DNA from: the human T2T-CHM13v2.0 reference genome, Homo sapiens
Direction: 5' to 3' (one strand)
DNA: 64,000 nt
NCBI RefSeq assembly: GCF_009914755.1
Contig: NC_060944.1
Shown here: in pieces, positions 57,343 to 64,000 of the stretch
Layout of the letters: the number at the start of each line of letters is the position of its first letter
Numbering within the stretch: position 1 is the first letter of the stretch
The notes under the pieces: model-generated
Seen by the model: the letters and a program-made list of their open reading frames with translations, nothing else
What the model was told of the DNA's origin: nothing
The model's database searches: none
Translations under genes and position numbers: made by a program

Positions 57343-57737
57343 CCTGAGGTTATACTTCCAACTGCATCCCATCAGGAGGCCCATGATGTCAGGTGGCCCC
57401 TGGGTGAGGCTGACTTTGACCCCTTGGTTAAGATGATGATCTCTAGATGTCTCTATTGTAAGGTACATTTTTTTCCCCTTTTGCATATTAGTAACTCATC
57501 TATAGAGTGATGGGTTGGCATCATGGGAATATTGTGTTCCTTAGTATCCTTTTACCTAATGGTTTTAGAACCTATAGATCTGAGCCTTGCCTGAACCAGT
57601 TATTTCTAGTGGAGGTTATGAAAAGTGGTGATTTTCTGTTTTATTGTATCTTCTGTTAGCTGACTTTCCTCTATAACGAAGAATGTTTTCCCCCTTTTCT
57701 TTCTTTCAACCTCTTTTTTTTTTTTTTTTTTTTTTTT

Positions 57738-57862
57738 AAAGCCTACAACAGCACCTGGTATTCCCAGGAAGTCTCCCATCCAAGTATGAAACCGGCCCAA
57801 CCCTGCTTAGCCTTCAAGATCAGATGAGAGCAAGCGTGTTCAGGGTGGTATGGCCGTAGGAC
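57738..57862 (-). pseudogene. Retroposed 5S rRNA pseudogene (RNA5SP family) in KIZ intron 3
   Basis: Reverse complement reads GTCCTACGGCCATACCACCCTGAACACGC...GCTAAGCAGGGTTGGGCC...CTTGGATGGGAGAC...TGGGAATACCAGGTGCTG...TAGGCTTT, i.e. full-length diverged 5S, followed by a roughly 24-nt poly-A (T run 57714-57737). Confidence 0.96.
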
Positions 57863-59482
57863 CTTTTTTTTTTTTTTTTAATGTTATGATGGACTTGTGA
57901 ATTTCTATTTACTAGTATGTTATCAATTACAGTAATTATTCTTTTTGTTGTTTTATCGTCTTATATTTGGCCAATTGGAGTCTCTCCAGATTGGCTCCTG
58001 TGTCCTTTTGACATAACCCCGTTAATTCTGAGCCTTCTTTGATCTGGGGCATAACAAGATATTCCAGGTTTACCTCACATTTTTTCTCCCTCAGATATGG
58101 AATTAACCTCCTATCCAAGGAGCTGTGGTTCTTTTTAATGGAGAGGGGTATTTAGAAACCAAGATATATGGTTAAATGTGTTCAAGCAATAGCAAGTTTT
58201 AGCTTCCCAATTTTTTCTTTTAGTATTCATGAAAAATGTTTAAAGTTCAAAAAAAGTTGTCATTATCAATGTTGTAAACCACTTTTCAAAGATTTCATGG
58301 AGAAAATGAAAGTGATGGGCAAAGGAGGGAATTTTGTCTTCCCAATAAAATAAAGGAAATAATAGAACATTTCTGCTTATCTTCATATTGAGGCTTCATT
58401 TAATAGTTGATTTCTTATTATAACCAAATTTGAGAGGAAGGAATTTGAAGGGAAGAATCGTCTTTTGTAATTTTTTATATTGAGAGCATTCATTATATAA
58501 AATAGGATATGTTATTAAAAAAACCTTGTATGAGCTGCTTAAGACTATCAACATGGGGGACCATTTTAACATGACAAACTAGATAGGAATATGAAAAGCT
58601 TTATTAATAAACATGGTTCAAAAATTATGTAGGTGTTCCTTATTTGAATTTTGGATAAGGAATGCCTTTAAAAAAATTCTTCTAGTAGTGTAAAAGACCA
58701 AATCATGGCACTACACTCAGGAAGGATGTGAGTTCCATGGAGAACTGGACTTTGGCCATCACCCTAGGTCCAAAGCCAATGAATGTTTGTTGTGTGCCTA
58801 CGAACCCAGACAGCAATGTCAGCGACCCCTCCAGTGATCCCATCTTCTTCAGCAGGCTGTGCAGTGAGCTGAGGTTCAACATAGGGGATGTTTGTCTCTG
58901 GTGTTTTCCCATTTCTTTCTGCTTCTTCCTTTTGGGCCAGAGTCCAGAGGTGGCCCAGGTATGCCAGAACCACTTGTCTCCTCTTAATGCTGCCATCCAG
59001 GTATCAGATGTTTACCTCCTTTCTTGACTGACCTCACATAAGTCTTGGGAGAAAGGTGTTCACAGTGCATTGCCCACACACCCCAAAATGCCACAGGTAT
59101 TGAACCTTGAACAGACTACAGTTAATACAAATGAACTTCAAATTGGTAGAATTCCAGAAAGTGCAACCAAGTGAAGCAGTGTGAGAGAAGTGGGGGTTTT
59201 GCCCAAACTGATACCAAGTGACTTTCTCCCACTTTGTAGAGGTGGGCTGGGCCCAGTTCACTATATAATGCTAAAATCTCCTAAAATGAGCTAAATACTG
59301 AAAACACTGTCAACTGATTTTATGACTCATAATACTTTATTTGGAGGCCTATATTAATTTTCAGGGCTTTTAAAGGATATTGACGTGTTATGTAGTTTTG
59401 AAAATACAGTGTTATATCTATGCTGCTACTTGTCAGTTGGATAAAGGGGCTGAATAAACACAGTTCAAAAATATAAATATTA

Positions 59483-59835
59483 GGTCTGGGCATGGTGGTT
59501 CATGCCTGTAATCCCAGTGCTTTAGGAGGCTGAGGTGGGAGGATCACTTGAGGCCAGGAATTCGAGACCAGCCTGGGCAACATAGTGAGACCCCATCTGT
59601 ACAAAAAATTTAAAAATTAAATTTAAAAATTAAATTTAAAATTAGCCAGCTGTAGGAGTGTGCACCAGTAGTCTCAGCTGCTCAGGAATCTGAGATGGGG
59701 GGGGATCATTTGAGCCCAGGAGGTTGAGGTTATAGTGAGCTATGATGGTGACACTGCAGTCTAGCCCTGGCGACAGAGCAAGACCCTGGCTCTCCAAAAA
59801 AAATTAATAATAATAAAGTAAATTTAAAAAACCCA
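59483..59835 (+). mobile_element. Alu (AluJ-like) with repeated AAATTTAAAAATT in the linker
   Basis: Alu consensus; TSD AAT(A/G)TAAATATTA. Confidence 0.93.
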
Positions 59836-59979
59836 AGAATGTAAATATTAGTATTAATGCTGTGAGGAGTCTGCCCTCCTCTCCGTCATTCTGCCCCCCT
59901 ACTCCCTGTATTAGCTGCTTTTGTAGAGGGGGCCCCAGTTGGTCCTAACTTAAAGCAGTTTCACTCAGGTCCCCATTAT

Positions 59980-60390
59980 CCTTGTCTCAGGTTGGGTTCT
60001 CCCTGAAGCAGACCTGGAGAACAGGGATTTGACGGTAAGTGGTTGATTTGGGAAATAAGGAATATCAGTAGGAAATGGGGGAAGGGAGGCAGGGAGGGCA
60101 CTGGGTGTATTATTAAGCTAGCTACCATAGTCAGCCTGGCGCCAAATCCTACAGGGAACTTCTGGTAAGTGGTTTGCACATTCGGGATATGTGTCCAGCA
60201 GCTCCTAAGCAGCATTGATTGAGGACTGCTGAGCAAGGTTGTAGGTGGTAGGGAATTAACCAAACACTCTCCAGAGCAGCCTTCCCAGGTTCTGAGAAGC
60301 CTTAGGCACGGAGCCCCAGATTCCAGAAGTTAGGAGTGCCCAGAAAGGTCCTAGGGACGTGTGTAGAACGTTGCCAGCATCTGCCTTAGC
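59980..60390 (-). mobile_element. ERVL LTR (LTR16/33-like)
   Basis: TGTCTCAGGTTGGGTTCTCCCTGAAGCAGACC...AAGTGGTTGATTTGGGAA. Confidence 0.6.
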
Positions 60391-60586
60391 CTACCTCATG
60401 GCAATATTGCCAGGCATGGGGTCTACATGTCAGGGCATTCAGGGAGGATCCCCATGGCAGGCACAAGAGTCTTCATCTGGTTAGGTCTCTCCTTGGCCTG
60501 AAATGCTGGCCCAGGCTTTTGAGGACAAAGCCCAGGTGCTGGTCTCTGCCTGCACAGAGCAGCCTCACCCTTATTACTCCTCCCAA

Positions 60587-60920
60587 CACACACACACACA
60601 CACACACACACTCTCTCTCTCTCTCTCTCTCTCTCTGTGTTTGTCTCTCTCACACAAATACACAGACGTGCACATTTTTTCTCCTCATCTCTCCCTAATT
60701 TCCCCCCTCCACCTTCTCCTGCCATCCCCATTTCTCCCTCTTATCTCTCCCCTGTCTCCTATTCCTGTCTCCTTGCCTCTTCTTGCCCCCAAATCTGTCT
60801 TCTCCAGATCCTCTAACTCTTCCACCCCCATATCTTCCCACTGTCTCTCTACATCTTTATCTCCCGCACACGTACACACACACTCTCTCTCACACATACA
60901 CACATACACACTCTTACATG
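60587..60920. repeat. (CA)n-(CT)n microsatellite and long pyrimidine-rich tract
   Basis: Directly visible. Confidence 0.93.
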
Positions 60921-61380
60921 CACCCGCGGTGCTTTAAGCATGCTGGACAATTTGCATTTCCTTGAAAGCACCACATTATCTCATACCTCCTTCAATTAGA
61001 AGGCCTTTTTCCCCCTGCCCTGCCTTAGGTCTGTGTCATAATTATCTCAGTAAGCACTTCCTTCATGGTATTATAATTGTTTACATGTCTGTTTTCCCAC
61101 TTCACTGTGAGCTCCTTGTCTTATTATTTCAATGCTCTCAGTATCTGACCCATAATATGGCACATAATAAGCACTCAGTAAGCATTGAGACTTCCCCCTT
61201 GACTGAAATTAATTCTTCCATATTTTTTGTCTCATTCTGTTATGGACCATGAACTACTACTATGTGAGAACTAATGTGGTATTGATGATACTCTTTATTA
61301 TACCTTCCCAGTTAGCATTTCTGTTTAATAGCAGAGGTATTCTGAATATATAATGTCATTATTTAAAGATGTGATTCTCC

Positions 61381-61580
61381 AGGCCTGGACAACATGATGA
61401 GAACCTGTCTCTACAAAAAAATAGAAAAAATTAGCTGGATGTGGTGGCATGTGCTCTAGTCCCAGCTATTTGCGAGGCTGAGGTAGGAGGATAGATTAAG
61501 CCTGGGAGGTTGAAGGGCAGTGAGTTGTGATCATGCCACTGCACTCCAGCCTGGGTGACAGAGCAAGCCCTTGTCTCAAA

Positions 61581-61611
<31 letters not shown>

Positions 61612-61619
61612 AGTAAAAT
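61381..61619 (+). mobile_element. 5'-truncated Alu with (TAAA)n tail
   Basis: Starts mid-left monomer; flanking duplication AGATGTG(A/T)TTCTCC. Confidence 0.9.
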
Positions 61620-64000
61620 AGATGTGTTTCTCCTTGAAAATTCAGTCATTAGGTTATGTATGCCTATAAGGGGCTAATATTTGAGAACAAGTCTTTTGAA
61701 CTCTGATTTGGTTTCTGCTGAGGATTGTGACAGACATTGTGAGCAGGGCACAACCTTCATGCCCCTGGAGGGCAAAGTGTGTAGCAAATACCACTTTTTA
61801 TCAACCAAAGTGTCTTGCCTGTTAATATGCATTAGTTGAACAAATGAACGTTCCCCCATATCTTTGGTAAAAGTTCACGATCTAAGAGGAAGCACAGATA
61901 TTGGAAAAAAATAGGAGAAGAGAAAACAAAAGACTGTGAAGCTTAGTTGCATCTCTCATACTGACTTGAGGATCAAATCAGCCCATTATGTAACTCTCTG
62001 TACCCATTTCCTCAACTCTAATGTGAGGAGACAGGGCCAGCAGATTTTAAACGTCGATTCAGTTCAATTATTCACTTATTCTGTAACTTGAGAATTAGCT
62101 GTGCAACCCTGAAAAACAATGAAAAAGGAAATCTGTAGCAAAAAAAGATAGTGGTGGCACTTTCAGGCAAACAGTAAAGTGATGGAGGGGAAATTGACGG
62201 AAGTGAGAATGCAGAAAGTATCATAATGGAAAACGTTTGTGAGCATGGAGAGAAATCCCAGAGACCTGAAACTTCTGCCAGAACCTCCATCAATCCTCCA
62301 TCAATCTGTTAATCGTTGTTAACAGATTTCATTAATTCAGCTGAAATAAATTACATGTGCATACTGAGGAAGTAAATGGAAAGGTTCTGCTAAATTTAGG
62401 TGGGCAGCATCAAGCCAGTGCTGTGAAGCAATACAGTGACAGACAGAACAAGTTACCTGATGGATTAACTCAGTGCTCTTGGGTTTATTAAAACAGATTT
62501 CTTGGGTTGGGGCAGGGGAGATAAGGGAATTATTTATCCCTAGAGGGGCTCCAGACCAGGAGATGTTACTGGGGCATGAGTAGGCTCTGGAGAGCGCTGT
62601 GGAAAACTCCTGCTCTCCAGTGTTCCGGACATGGATAATAACCAGGTGTTGTATGCAAAAATAAAAAAGAAAAAGAGAACAAAGTATTTTTTGATGGAAA
62701 TCCATGGTCCCAGGGGATATAGACTTACATTCTGTATCATTAATTTATCATTGTATCTCTCTGACTTCATTGTGCGATTTCTGTTTGCATTATTAATTTA
62801 GCTAAAGAGTATCTACAGTTCAGTGACTTTTTCAGTTGCATTGAGAGCAGTCTAAATTGGGCTTTTAAAGATACTTCTTTCTGTTCTTTAGGAAGACTTT
62901 ATGCAGTTATCACTTCCTTTTTCCTTCAGCAAAATGAATTGAATAAAACTCTCATATTTCTATGAGAAAGTGCTCTGTCTTTGGAAGGTATGGCTCTGAA
63001 ATGATCCTATAATGAGGAAATCAGGCACAATGCTCATTGATCTCAAAGAGCGTAAGAAAACATTTGTAGTCACAAGAAAAAAGAATTTTTATTTAACCTG
63101 TAATTATATGTTTATATTGTAATTCATCCCCCATTTCTTTTTGAGATACTATCCCTTGGAATCTGTAAAGGATGCCTGTTTAAAGCTCTTGGGGCTAAAA
63201 TGTAAACATCTCTAAGTTCAGAGGAATAGATATGGAACAGAGAGATGTAAATTGTATCTTTGTTATTGCTTTATCTATTCCTAGTTTATTATTTTATCAT
63301 TTGTACTGGCCTGATAAAATTTTCATTTAATTGGGTATCTATTTAGAGAATTACTGCCATCTATCATATAGTACTCTGCTGGAGAAAAAAAAATCCATAC
63401 CTAACTGTTACTAAAAATGAGACAGCATATATTAATATTACCTTTCAAAATATTTTGAGGGAAACAAATCAGTTTGGTTATTATTGCCCATTTGTTTTTC
63501 GTATGTCAAAACAAAGCTCAGGCCTATTTTATGTTCAGAGAACTAAGGAAACAGCTTTCTCATTTCATCTCATAGGTGTGTTTCTAATTACAGTGCATAC
63601 CTGCCTAATTTAGAAAATGTTCTGATACTTATCTTTGATGGACCACAATCCATGACTTTTTTAAGGCTTTAATTACTAGCGTACTGAATCAAAGTGCTTT
63701 TTTATGCCTTGCTTTTAAGAAAAAGCCATTTTAAGATTGAATCACTTTCACCAATTATAGTGTGGTGATGATGCAGACATCTTTATGTAGTTATTAGTGC
63801 CAGAGCAAATTGGTTTCTGATCATTGATGTCTGCAGTATATTTTTATTCATAGAAAATGGAATTTGTTTTAAGTTGATGATCTAGCAAGTATGCTCAATT
63901 GCTGTGACGATCAGAATCATGATATTTTGTAGATATCATATAGATAAGAAATCAGTAGGATTGATTTTTTTTTTTGTTTGGGGCAAAACTTCTAAAAGGA

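Noticed and set aside
57738-57862. Functional 5S rRNA gene
   Set aside because: Solitary, polyadenylated copy with multiple substitutions and small insertions, and no T4+ terminator.

Overview
Primate (almost certainly human) genomic DNA, recognisable as the 20p11.23 KIZ locus. The only protein-coding sequence I can support is the 5' part of KIZ (kizuna centrosomal protein, formerly PLK1S1). It has a CpG-island promoter at about 44.6-45.3 kb and coding exons 1-3 (44901-44989, 50882-50944, 55175-55337), which splice in frame to residues 1-105; the rest of the gene lies beyond the window. Upstream are a full-length processed RPL24 pseudogene (32137-32696, with TSD, premature stop and frameshift) and a roughly 7 kb 'orphan' CpG island (17.4-24.2 kb) inside a nearly transposon-free block. 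That island carries homeodomain/paired-type motif clusters and candidate minus-strand exons, probably the LINC00237 lncRNA promoter region. A second repeat-free, enhancer-like block lies at about 6.3-10.3 kb. A retroposed 5S rRNA copy lies antisense in KIZ intron 3. The remainder is ordinary interspersed repeat (about 17 Alus, L1/L2/MIR, ERVL/MaLR LTRs, MER3, MADE2) and microsatellites. Nearly all ORFs in the supplied track are artefacts. I found no convincing novel biological system. The best leads are regulatory or RNA-level: duplicated TAATCA+CACGCGA motifs beside a putative minus-strand TSS, an RFX X-box and an open upstream frame at KIZ, and inverted Alus around KIZ exons 2-3. Repeat subfamily names and boundaries were judged by eye and are approximate.
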